This document shows positions 1-7,952 of a stretch of 42,658 bases of DNA, in pieces; within the stretch, counting starts at the first letter, position 1, and every line of letters begins with the position of its first letter. This DNA comes from a virus. A program made the translations under genes and the position numbers. The stretch lies in the UHGV virus genome UHGV-0147540, one strand, 5' to 3'. A model generated the notes under the pieces. It saw nothing but the letters and a program-made list of their open reading frames with translations. It did not search any database and was not told the origin of the DNA.

Positions 1-1033
1 AACACTGATCTATAACCGGGATGTGGGGGGCAGCAGGCCCAGGACAGCCATGGGGCTCAAGGGCAGAGCGCTGTGCCTCTACTGCACCGACAGCGGGCGG
101 ACGCCGGAGGAGCTCCAGGCCGAGCTGCTGACCCTGGGGTGGGAGAGCGCCGTCATGCTGGACGGCGGCGGCTCCTCTCAGTGCGATCTGACGGGGAAGC
201 GGATCGTCAGCAGCCGGAAGGTACACAACCTCATCCTGGTCTACAAGCGCAAGAGGGCCCCATCCGAGCCCGACGTCAGCGATAAGGAGGACAAGCCTAT
301 GAGCACAAAATACACCGTCTGTCTTGACCCCGGCCACGGGCCGGACACTGTCAATGGGTCTCCAGACGGGAACTACAAGGAAAAAGAATTTACCTGGGAT
401 ATGTATACCCGCATCCGCCCGCTGCTAGAACGGCATGGCGTCAATGTGATCTGCACCAGGACGGAGGACACCAAACCCAGTCTGACCGCCCGATGCGAGG
501 TAAGCAACCGGGCGGGGGCGGACCTGTTTGTCTCTCTGCACTCCAACGCGGAGGGCGGCTCCGGCTGGGGGACGGCGCGGGGGCTGCTGGTCTATACCTC
601 CAGCGGGCCCATGACGGCCAAGCGCAACGTGGCGGCCACTGCCATTGTCAACCGGGCCCATGAGGCGGGGGTACTGCTCCACGGGAGCGGCGTCGCCCAC
701 CAGATCGAGTACACGGTGCTGGCAAAGACCGACGCACCCGCCGTGCTCATCGAGTATGGATTCCACACCAACCAGGAGGACATTGGTCTGCTGAAAGACA
801 TCTCCTACCGGGACAAGCTGGCAGAGGCCACGGCAAAGGGCGTGTGCGACTTCCTGGGCATCGACTGGACGGCTGAGAGTGGCGGTGATGGCACAGATAT
901 CCCAGCAGCCGATTGGGCCGCTGAGGCGTGGCAAAAGGCCAAGAGCAATGGTGTCATGGACGGCACCCGGCCTACAGAACCGATCACCCGGCAGGAACTA
1001 GCCGTGGTATTAGATAGATTAAACTTGATTTGA
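1..1033 (+). CDS. Endolysin, 3' part (phosphodiester-glycosidase-like domain end + N-acetylmuramoyl-L-alanine amidase_3 + SLH-like tail); continues from 42345 across the circular junction
   Basis: MLDGGGSSQ motif; Amidase_3 motifs LDPGHG, EKE, SLHSNA, VLIEYGF; C-terminal WA..GVMDGTRP..ITRQELAV SLH-like repeat; in frame with 42345..42658. Confidence 0.9.
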   Translation, partial: TLIYNRDVGGSRPRTAMGLKGRALCLYCTDSGRTPEELQAELLTLGWESAVMLDGGGSSQCDLTGKRIVSSRKVHNLILVYKRKRAPSEPDVSDKEDKPMSTKYTVCLDPGHGPDTVNGSPDGNYKEKEFTWDMYTRIRPLLERHGVNVICTRTEDTKPSLTARCEVSNRAGADLFVSLHSNAEGGSGWGTARGLLVYTSSGPMTAKRNVAATAIVNRAHEAGVLLHGSGVAHQIEYTVLAKTDAPAVLIEYGFHTNQEDIGLLKDISYRDKLAEATAKGVCDFLGIDWTAESGGDGTDIPAADWAAEAWQKAKSNGVMDGTRPTEPITRQELAVVLDRLNLI

Positions 1034-1047
1034 CGGAGGTACTTACT

Positions 1048-1326
1048 ATGGATATCACTGAGCTTGGCATTGCGGCGCTGCCCGCGATCACAATCATCTG
1101 TCTACTGGTGGCCCAAGCCGCCAAGGCCACGGCGCTGGACAACAAATGGCTCCCGGTCATCTGCGGTGCGGTGGGCGGTGCGCTGGGTTCGCTGGCGATG
1201 CGCATCATGCCGGATTACCCGGCGCAGGACTACATCACCGCCGTTGCAGTTGGCATCGTCTCCGGTCTCGCGGCAACAGGCGTCAATCAGGTCTATAAAC
1301 AGCTTACCGGAGGCAAGGAGGGCTAA
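1048..1326 (+). CDS. Phage holin
   Basis: Three hydrophobic segments, KWLPVICG...AVGIVSGLAATGVNQVYKQ holin motif, directly after endolysin; GGAGG RBS. Confidence 0.85.
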   Translation: MDITELGIAALPAITIICLLVAQAAKATALDNKWLPVICGAVGGALGSLAMRIMPDYPAQDYITAVAVGIVSGLAATGVNQVYKQLTGGKEG

Positions 1327-1329
1327 GCG

Positions 1330-1581
1330 ATGGAGTGGACCACAGTAACAGTGATTATCGCCCTTGTGGGCCTTGGGGCGGCAATTATTAAGCCGATTGT
1401 ATCACTCACGAGGTCCATTACCGAGCTGACAATCCAAGTCAAGGGGCTGCGTACCGATATGGATAAGCAGACCGAGCACAACCGAGAAATCCACAAACGC
1501 CTGTGGGACCACAATGATGAGCAAGATGGTCGGCTGGACGACCACGAGCGGCGAATCGGATCCCTGGAGCACAAAGCATAA
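1330..1581 (+). CDS. Membrane-anchored coiled-coil lysis accessory protein (XhlA-like)
   Basis: N-terminal TM helix then coiled coil ending DHERRIGSLE; in lysis cassette. Confidence 0.6.
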   Translation: MEWTTVTVIIALVGLGAAIIKPIVSLTRSITELTIQVKGLRTDMDKQTEHNREIHKRLWDHNDEQDGRLDDHERRIGSLEHKA

Positions 1582-1641
1582 GATAATCCCTGACCTAGCA
1601 TTCAAGTTGAGATTTGATATCTTTGAAGAGGGAGTGTAAAT

Positions 1642-1887
1642 GTGGGAGCGCACGTTAACATGCCCGAAACCCTGAAAAATCTATTGCGGTCGGAAATTGA
1701 ACAGGCAATTTACCAGGCGAATCTCGGGAAAACAGACACCGGGATAGCGCAGAGGTATTTGATAGAGCAAATACCTCAAATTGATATCGCAACAGAATAC
1801 GGGTGCGAGCGCTCCACAATATCAAGACGGCTTCCGCGCATCATTGATAAGGTCGAATCGACTGCCCAAAGGCTAAATTACACATAA
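1642..1887 (+). CDS. Small HTH DNA-binding protein (sigma70 region-4-like) heading the accessory operon
   Basis: PQIDIATEYGCERSTISRRLPRI helix-turn-helix; GAGGGAG RBS. Confidence 0.75.
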   Translation: MGAHVNMPETLKNLLRSEIEQAIYQANLGKTDTGIAQRYLIEQIPQIDIATEYGCERSTISRRLPRIIDKVESTAQRLNYT

Positions 1888-1905
1888 TTTCACAAAACAC
1901 GCACA

Positions 1906-1952
1906 CGCCTTCACTGGATTGCCACCCAGTGGAGGCGATTTTTTTGTATAGT
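1906..1952 (+). promoter_or_regulatory. Hairpin plus T-tract followed by a -10-like TATAGT upstream of the accessory operon
   Basis: cgccttcactgg...ccagtggaggcg stem, then ttttttgTATAGT; CAC-rich repeats just upstream. Confidence 0.45.
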
Positions 1953-1971
1953 AAAGGCAGAGGTGATCCTT

Positions 1972-2202
1972 ATGGGAAACGAGATGATAACACGGCTTAT
2001 CAACTGCGGATTCTCCGAGCCAAATGCCAGAGATATCTATTACCGGTATTATATTTGCGGAGATTTTGATGGACTCGAATCCTTTTTGTGCGCAAATGAG
2101 AGCATAAAAATAAAAGCAAATGCTCAAATCTCAACTGCGGAGAAAAATGGAGAATGGGAAGATATATCAAATACAATGCAAACCCAGACGGAAAAAATGT
2201 AG
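1972..2202 (+). CDS. Hypothetical protein
   Basis: GAGGTGA RBS, ORF in operon orientation. Confidence 0.5.
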   Translation: MGNEMITRLINCGFSEPNARDIYYRYYICGDFDGLESFLCANESIKIKANAQISTAEKNGEWEDISNTMQTQTEKM

Positions 2203-2546
2203 GGGACTGCACAGTCAGAGCAATTTCTACAGCACTGGACCAAAGCTGGGAGGAAACTTACATTGGATTAGCTCTCCAGGGGTTTTTGATGGGCGATCTT
2301 CCCTCAGCAAATTCTGTATGGGGTGCCTATCTCAGGTCTAAAGGCTTTGTACGCCGTATTGTGCCGGATACTTGCCCAGACTGTTACAACGTGTCTGATT
2401 TTGCAGAGGAACATCCGGATGGTACATATATTTTAGCTCTGTCAGGCCATGTGGTATGTGTCAGTGGCGGGAACTGGATCGATACATGGGATTCTGGTGG
2501 TGGAGTCCCGTTATATTACTGGTGCGAAAGAAAGGATGAATCTTAA
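2154..2546 (+). CDS. Putative papain-like cysteine peptidase
   Basis: Cys (NVGDCTVRAIS), His (SGHVVCV) and Asp (WIDTWDS) in the spacing of C39/papain-like catalytic triads. Confidence 0.6.
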   Translation: MGRYIKYNANPDGKNVGDCTVRAISTALDQSWEETYIGLALQGFLMGDLPSANSVWGAYLRSKGFVRRIVPDTCPDCYNVSDFAEEHPDGTYILALSGHVVCVSGGNWIDTWDSGGGVPLYYWCERKDES

Positions 2547-3041
2547 ATGGCATTTGCTCAACCCTATTTTGGCGGCTATCAGCCTGGGTATTATCAACCA
2601 CCTATGCCGGATCAGCTTGCGCAACTGCGGCAGAATCAGTTCCAGCCAATCGCGCAGCCCGTAGTACAGCCGCCCCAGATGCAGCAGCCGCAGCAAAATC
2701 AGCCCACATCCAACGGGATTATCTGGTGCCAGGGTGAAGAAGGCGCAAAAGGATTTTTGGTTGCGGCGGGCAATAGCGTGATGTTGATGGACAGCGAGTC
2801 CAGCACGTTTTATATCAAGAGCACCGATGCGTCCGGCATGCCACAACCGCTGAGGATCTTCGACTATACCGAGCGCACAGCTACACCTAAAATTGCGACT
2901 CCGGCCAATATGCCCCCCAATGTAGAGTTTGCTACAAAAGCGGAGGTTGAGGCCCTGGCGGCTCGTTTAGACGCTCTGACAATCAAAGATACTGCCAAGC
3001 CCGCGAGAAAATCTGCGAAGGAGGATACAGATAATGCCTAA
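2547..3041 (+). CDS. Gln/Pro/Tyr-rich low-complexity protein with C-terminal coiled segment
   Basis: N-terminal YQPGYYQP...QQPQQNQ region, folded core (WCQGEEGAK...MDSE...FYIKSTD), EVEALAARLDAL. Confidence 0.8.
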   Translation: MAFAQPYFGGYQPGYYQPPMPDQLAQLRQNQFQPIAQPVVQPPQMQQPQQNQPTSNGIIWCQGEEGAKGFLVAAGNSVMLMDSESSTFYIKSTDASGMPQPLRIFDYTERTATPKIATPANMPPNVEFATKAEVEALAARLDALTIKDTAKPARKSAKEDTDNA

Positions 3042-3261
3042 TCCGCTCTTTTCTATGCTCGGAGGCAATATGCCCTCTATGTCTGGCCCAATGGGTAATT
3101 TTGCACAGATGATGCAGCAGTTTCAGCAATTCCGGGCGAATTTCCAGGGGGACCCGAAAGCAGAGGTGGAAAAACTGCTGCAATCCGGAAAAATGAATCA
3201 GAGTCAGCTCAACCAATTGCAGAATATGGCGAGACAATTTCAGCAGCTTATGCCCAAATAA
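3034..3261 (+). CDS. Small Gln/Met-rich helical protein
   Basis: GGAGG RBS, overlaps previous gene; DPKAEVEKLLQSGKMNQSQLNQL. Confidence 0.8.
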   Translation: MPNPLFSMLGGNMPSMSGPMGNFAQMMQQFQQFRANFQGDPKAEVEKLLQSGKMNQSQLNQLQNMARQFQQLMPK

Positions 3262-3332
3262 GGCTATAATCGTGGCCACGATTTAATATAGCAACCTTAA
3301 AATTATTTTGTAAATGCGAAAGGAGACTACAT

Positions 3333-4076
3333 ATGTCTTTGAGTTCTGATGGTACTGTGATGACTATGCCTGTTGCACCCACCAATATGGGCGGAAACGG
3401 CTTCGGCGGCTTTGGCGGAGATGGTGCGTGGTGGATTATTATCCTGTTTTTGTTTGTTTTCTGCGGCTGGGGCAACAACGGCTGGGGAGGAAATGGTGGC
3501 GGCATGAACGGCGGCGTCGGTTCTGAGGTCCAGCGCGGATTTGACCACTCCTCCGTTGTAACCAAGCTGGACGGCATCACCCAGGGTATTTGTGACAGCA
3601 CCTATGCCCTTAACAACGCCATCAATACCGGCTTCTCCAATGCGGAACTGTCCCGGTGCAATCAGCAGTCGGCCCTGATGCAGCAGCTCAACAATATGGC
3701 TATGCAGGCTCAGAACTGCTGCTGCGAGACCCAGCGGGCGATTGACGGCGTGAATTACAACATGGCAACCAATACATGCGCCCTCCAGAACACCATGAAC
3801 AACAACACCAGGGACATTATTGACAATGCCAATGCCAATTCCAGGGCCATCCTCGATTATCTGTGCCAGGATAAGATTTCTACTCTCCAGGCCGAAAATC
3901 AGAGTCTCCGGCTGGCTGCGTCTCAGGCGAACCAGAACGCGGTACTCCAGGCGGCAATGGACGCAAACACTGCGGAGATTCTGCGCCGCACCGCACCTCT
4001 GCCTGTCCCGGCTTATCAGGTGGCAAACCCCTATACGGGTGGCTATGGAAGCTGCTGCAATCCCTGCGGCTGCTAA
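3333..4076 (+). CDS. Gly-rich / single-TM / Asn-Gln-Cys-rich coiled-coil protein
   Basis: AAGGAG RBS; GGNGFGGFGGDGAWWIIILFLFVFCGWG then long heptad-like region with CC motifs and C-terminal CCNPCGC. Confidence 0.85.
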   Translation: MSLSSDGTVMTMPVAPTNMGGNGFGGFGGDGAWWIIILFLFVFCGWGNNGWGGNGGGMNGGVGSEVQRGFDHSSVVTKLDGITQGICDSTYALNNAINTGFSNAELSRCNQQSALMQQLNNMAMQAQNCCCETQRAIDGVNYNMATNTCALQNTMNNNTRDIIDNANANSRAILDYLCQDKISTLQAENQSLRLAASQANQNAVLQAAMDANTAEILRRTAPLPVPAYQVANPYTGGYGSCCNPCGC

Positions 4077-4213
4077 ACTGCATAACTGCATCTATTTCGT
4101 GACATCACGAAATTGTTCGGCCCCGTGCCGATTTTGAACATAGCGGCGGGGCAATGGCCTCGCCGCTTATTTTAACCGCCTCGAAATCGAGGCATTTAGA
4201 AAGGATTGATTTT

Positions 4214-4636
4214 ATGGCTGAGTATACGAATATTGGCCCTGTGACTGTAGCCGCTGGGCAGAATGTGCCCCTTACCGAAACTGCCGTATCTGGGGGAAGC
4301 TGTATCGTCCATCGTGAAGGAGCTGGCATTGTGACCCTGCGGGGCCAGACTAACCAGTGCCGGGCACGGTACAAAGTGAGCTTTGGTGGAAACATTGCAA
4401 TCCCCACCGGCGGGGCCGTGGCTCCGATCTCCATTGCTTTGTCTGTGAGCGGTGAGCCGCTTGCCAGCGCAACTGCAATTGTAACGCCCGCTGCGGTGGA
4501 AGACTATTTCAACGTGTTCACGGCAGTCTTTATCGAGGTGCCGCGTGGCTGCTGTGTGACGGTAGCAGTCGAAAATACCAGCACTCAGGCGATCAATGTT
4601 GCAAACAGCAATCTGATTGCCGAGCGTGTATGCTAA
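4214..4636 (+). CDS. All-beta protein resembling BclA C-terminal / C1q-TNF-like domain
   Basis: Beta-strand pattern (GIVTLRG..YKVSFGGNI..ISIALSVSGEPL..VTVAVENTS) typical of trimeric jelly-roll domains; GAAAGGA RBS. Confidence 0.6.
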   Translation: MAEYTNIGPVTVAAGQNVPLTETAVSGGSCIVHREGAGIVTLRGQTNQCRARYKVSFGGNIAIPTGGAVAPISIALSVSGEPLASATAIVTPAAVEDYFNVFTAVFIEVPRGCCVTVAVENTSTQAINVANSNLIAERVC

Positions 4637-4653
4637 TGGAGAGGAGAGATATT

Positions 4654-5091
4654 ATGAGCATGAGAGCCTTAGAGGACCTACGCGAAATGCTCTGCGACGA
4701 GCTGGACGAAATCGCAAAAAAGCAGGAAATGTCCGCAGGCGACCTCGAAACTATCCATAAACTCACAGACACCATTAAAAACATTGATAAAATCATTATC
4801 ATGGATGAGGATGGTGGCTATAGCCAGGCCGGAGACTGGGAGATGGAGGGCCGTGGCAATTATGGGCGCGGAAGCAGCTACGCAAGCCGTGGCAAGCATT
4901 ATGTAAGAGGCCACTACAGCAGAGACGGCGGAGACTATAGCGAGCGCCGCCGCGACAGCATGGGCCGTTATAGCCGAGATGGGGCAAAAGAGCACATGAT
5001 GACGCAGCTGGAAGAGATGGAGCGTAACGCCAGTAATGACAAAGAGCGAGATGCAATCCGCCGTTGTATCAACCAGCTAGAGTCCACCTAA
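4654..5091 (+). CDS. Helical protein with central R/G/Y/S-rich disordered linker
   Basis: RGNYGRGSSYASRGKHYVRGHYSRD...GRYSRD between two helical ends; GAGGAG RBS. Confidence 0.8.
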   Translation: MSMRALEDLREMLCDELDEIAKKQEMSAGDLETIHKLTDTIKNIDKIIIMDEDGGYSQAGDWEMEGRGNYGRGSSYASRGKHYVRGHYSRDGGDYSERRRDSMGRYSRDGAKEHMMTQLEEMERNASNDKERDAIRRCINQLEST

Positions 5092-5106
5092 AAAGGAGGC
5101 GGCCAT

Positions 5107-5442
5107 ATGTTGGACGCCAAAGAAATCGACGTAGCAATCGCCGAACTGGAGTATAAAGACTCCAGCTATAGTAACTACGCAAAGCTGGCAAGCCTCTACA
5201 CAATCCGGGACCAAATGACCCGGCATGCAGATCAAGGCTATGAGCGGGCCTACTCTGCAGCACCAGCGGCCCTGGAAGAACCCACTCGTGTAATCCGGTA
5301 CGGCGACAGCGACTTTTTGCGGGCCGTGGAGGGCAAAGACCCTGCGGCGGTGTGGGATATCATGGATGAGTTAATGGACACGCTCAAAGTAGTCAACACA
5401 AGAGTGTACAATAGCGTTATGCGGAAAATAGACGCAGTGTAG
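5107..5442 (+). CDS. Hypothetical helical protein, last gene of the accessory operon
   Basis: AGGAGG RBS; followed by terminator. Confidence 0.8.
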   Translation: MLDAKEIDVAIAELEYKDSSYSNYAKLASLYTIRDQMTRHADQGYERAYSAAPAALEEPTRVIRYGDSDFLRAVEGKDPAAVWDIMDELMDTLKVVNTRVYNSVMRKIDAV

Positions 5443-5443
5443 C

Positions 5444-5473
5444 AAATGAGCCCCAGTTTCTGGGGCTCATTTT
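5444..5473. terminator. Bidirectional intrinsic terminator
   Basis: aaatgagccccag-ttt-ctggggctcattt perfect stem between convergent genes. Confidence 0.8.
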
Positions 5474-5476
5474 GCG

Positions 5477-5524
5477 CGTTGTATAATATGATGAAACCTG
5501 ACGGTTTAATCATATTATATAACG
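5477..5524. other. Putative attP site of the serine integrase
   Basis: 22-bp arms CGTTGTATAATATGATGAAACC / GGTTTAATCATATTATATAACG (2 mismatches) around TGAC, immediately downstream of the integrase. Confidence 0.75.
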
Positions 5525-5526
5525 GC

Positions 5527-6831
5527 TTAGATTAAATCAAAATCGGCCACTGAATCGCTAGATAAATAGATTTTTTTGACTGTTTTACGCCAAAAAGATT
5601 GCTTACCGTCCCGTGGCAAGTCATCATACAACTGTCTCCAGTCGCCCCAAAAGCGGGATTTTAATGCCTCAATGTCAATATCCGGGATATCTTCCGGGAT
5701 TGCTGCCAGCTCATCATTAAGCGCCCTAAATTGCTTTTTGTAATCCTGGATGGAGATTAAATCAGATATATAGAGCTCCGACAGCTTGGACAATTTTCTT
5801 TGGATCGCGTCTCTCTGGAACTTGTGTGATACAGCTCTCTGCTCATTGCGGCTAATAATTGATGTCTGTACTTTTGCTTCTATGCGGTCCAGCATGTACT
5901 CCTCAATTTTTTCCTCATTATAACTTTTATTATTTGGGCATCCGGTCATTTTCCTGTGCGAACTGCACCCGTAGTAATGAGTTTCTTTATACACTCGGGA
6001 TGCCGAAAATCCTCCCAAGCGATTACCGCACTCGGGACAGATTAAAAGCCCGGAAAAGAGGTACACCCGGTTTTGTGTCGTCTTCCGGACAATGCGTCCA
6101 CGGAGAGAGCCCGCTTTTTTATATTCATCTGGGGATATGATGGCGGGTATTGATATTCCGGCAAATTGCCCCATGTACGCGGGATTTGAAAACATATACC
6201 GCGCCGAAAAGTAAGTCAACTCAAGCTGTGGATATGCTTTAATTACTTTTGAGACCGATCCTGTTTCCAGGTACATATCAAACGCAGCGCGGACCATAGG
6301 CCCGGTGACCGGGTCAATGACCACTGACTTCCCATCCAATTTGTACCCCCTTGGGACCTTCCCCGTTATGGGCTCATTTCTCTCTTTTTTACCCTCAAAA
6401 ACAAATTTAATCCGTTCGCTGGTTCTGTCCGCCTCGTCCTGGGCGACACTGAGCATAATATTTACCTTAAACCGACCGGAGGCCGTGACTGTTTCGTAGT
6501 CCTCTTGTGTGGCTCTCCAAGTAACGTTATGGGCATCGAGGACGCGCTGAACCTCATAATAATCTGAAATATTACGGAACCACCGGTCCAGTTTTATGAA
6601 CAATACCATATCAATTTTATCGGACTCAATATCTGCCAATAAGCGCATAAATTCTGGACGTTTTGTATATCTTTTACGAGCACTCTTCCCCGCGTCTAAA
6701 TAGCAATCCACAACTTTCATGCCATGCGCTTTCGCGTAATCTCTTAGATTGGATTCTTGCTCGTCCATAGACAGACCATGCTTTGCTTGCTCCTCGGTGC
6801 TTACGCGGATATATAAAGCTGCGCGAGTCAT
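5527..6831 (-). CDS. Large serine recombinase (phage integrase)
   Basis: RAALYIRVSTEEQ catalytic Ser motif, LDRWFRN, recombinase domain, zinc ribbon CPECG...YYGC...C, coiled coil. Confidence 0.95.
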   Translation of the reverse strand: MTRAALYIRVSTEEQAKHGLSMDEQESNLRDYAKAHGMKVVDCYLDAGKSARKRYTKRPEFMRLLADIESDKIDMVLFIKLDRWFRNISDYYEVQRVLDAHNVTWRATQEDYETVTASGRFKVNIMLSVAQDEADRTSERIKFVFEGKKERNEPITGKVPRGYKLDGKSVVIDPVTGPMVRAAFDMYLETGSVSKVIKAYPQLELTYFSARYMFSNPAYMGQFAGISIPAIISPDEYKKAGSLRGRIVRKTTQNRVYLFSGLLICPECGNRLGGFSASRVYKETHYYGCSSHRKMTGCPNNKSYNEEKIEEYMLDRIEAKVQTSIISRNEQRAVSHKFQRDAIQRKLSKLSELYISDLISIQDYKKQFRALNDELAAIPEDIPDIDIEALKSRFWGDWRQLYDDLPRDGKQSFWRKTVKKIYLSSDSVADFDLI

Positions 6832-6917
6832 AACCTCTGCCCCTTTCCCCCTGACAGCGAACAATATAGCTTTCCCACCCTCTGCCTAACATCGTAAGTG
6901 CTAGGCGGGGCTTCCCC

Positions 6918-6946
6918 TTGCATTTCCCGCCACAATATGCTATCCT
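6918..6946 (+). promoter_or_regulatory. sigmaA promoter of the toxin mRNA
   Basis: TTGCAT-17 bp-TATCCT with extended TG. Confidence 0.55.
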
Positions 6947-7028
6947 CAATTCGGCGCTACCTGCAACGGTAGGCGGTTGGCCCCTCCATCCCGGAGGGGA
7001 CTTCTTGCCCCCTCCGAAAGAGGGGGTG

Positions 7029-7118
7029 ATGCTTATGCTTACATATTCAGAGCTGTTTCAGTTCTGCCTTGTGATCATCGGCATTATTGGCCTGTTCTTT
7101 CAGGCAAAAAAGAAGTAA
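7029..7118 (+). CDS. Type I toxin, putative holin-like toxin peptide (29 aa)
   Basis: MLMLTYSELFQFCLVIIGIIGLFFQAKKK: single TM plus basic tail; SD GAGGGGGTG held in a hairpin; convergent antisense promoter. Confidence 0.75.
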   Translation: MLMLTYSELFQFCLVIIGIIGLFFQAKKK

Positions 7119-7297
7119 CCGCCCCCAGTTCCCCAACTGCGCGGTTACTTCTTGTAGCTCAAGCATAAGGGGCTGACCGTCTGCCGGTAGCGCCGCCTTA
7201 TACTTTTTTGGGAAGTAACCGCCCCGGCTCCCAACCTGGCAGTTACTTCTTGTAACACAGCGAGGGGCTAACCGTCTGCCGGTAGCGCCTCTTTTCT
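7105..7297 (-). ncRNA. Putative type I antitoxin RNA made of two tandem ~90-100 nt units
   Basis: Promoter TTGACA(7332-7327)-17-TATACT(7309-7304); two copies of GGCGCTACCGGCAGACGGTYAGCCCCT...ACAAGAAGTAAC...GCGGTTACTTC; only the distal copy ends in a U-tract overlapping the toxin stop. Confidence 0.65.
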
Positions 7298-7490
7298 GTT
7301 TCCAGTATAACCGCCTTGTGTGAGATTGTCAAGTGGGGTAAGACTTGTCCTGATGGGCTAATACCTCGCCCTGCACCAAAGATGCTATATAATACCACAT
7401 CAAAAGTCCAATAAACGTCTCTTTTGTTTTCGCCCGACAAATTCTACAGGCTTAACAAAATAGAGGGAATTTATTTGGGAGGTGTGGCTA

Positions 7491-7528
7491 TTGCTTTAAT
7501 GGAACTAACGTTCTATAATTTATCCACA
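7491..7528 (+). promoter_or_regulatory. sigmaA promoter containing a Bacillota LexA (SOS) box, followed by a DnaA box
   Basis: TTGCTT-17-TATAAT; GAAC-TAAC-GTTC at 7502-7513; TTATCCACA at 7520-7528. Confidence 0.65.
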
Positions 7529-7547
7529 CGGCGCATGTGGTTCAAAA

Positions 7548-7952
7548 TTATCGTCTAATAAGACCGATGGTTGGATTCAAAAAGTCAATAATTACTGCAT
7601 AGCAAAGTAGCACTGCGCACAAGACAAACAAAGCAGTAATGATCCTGTTTCTATGTATGATCCCTTTCCGCAGAAGAGAATATTTTTCCTGTTCATACTT
7701 CAAGCGAAGCTCTAGGTTATCCTCATCCCTATCCGATTCTTTTTTGGACTTGATTCCGAAGTAACTGTCAAGCGATACACCGAGAGCTGCGCAGATCGGA
7801 CCAACTGTATAGACAGACGGGGCCTTGGATGATTCTGAAAAATAGTTGTTAACAGTAGACGCAGATAAATTTGCTCTATCTGCTATGTTTTGGTTTGTTA
7901 AGTTTAAAGAGTCTTTTTTCTCCTTACATAAATCTTTAATTAATACCTCCAT
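7548..7952 (-). CDS. XRE-family HTH protein with C-terminal transmembrane helix
   Basis: LTNQNIADRANLSASTVNNYFS...ALGVSLD; C-terminal IITALFVLCAVLLCYAVII. Confidence 0.8.
   Translation of the reverse strand: MEVLIKDLCKEKKDSLNLTNQNIADRANLSASTVNNYFSESSKAPSVYTVGPICAALGVSLDSYFGIKSKKESDRDEDNLELRLKYEQEKYSLLRKGIIHRNRIITALFVLCAVLLCYAVIIDFLNPTIGLIRR

Noticed and set aside
3327..4091. Long antisense ORFs (also 18657-19622, 26087-27019, 27953-28633, 33622-34560)
   Set aside because: Shadow ORFs opposite well-supported genes in GC-rich DNA, without RBS or recognisable motifs
7105..7297. Possible CRISPR mini-array
   Set aside because: Only two long structured units with no repeat-spacer periodicity and no cas genes; fits type I antitoxin architecture better
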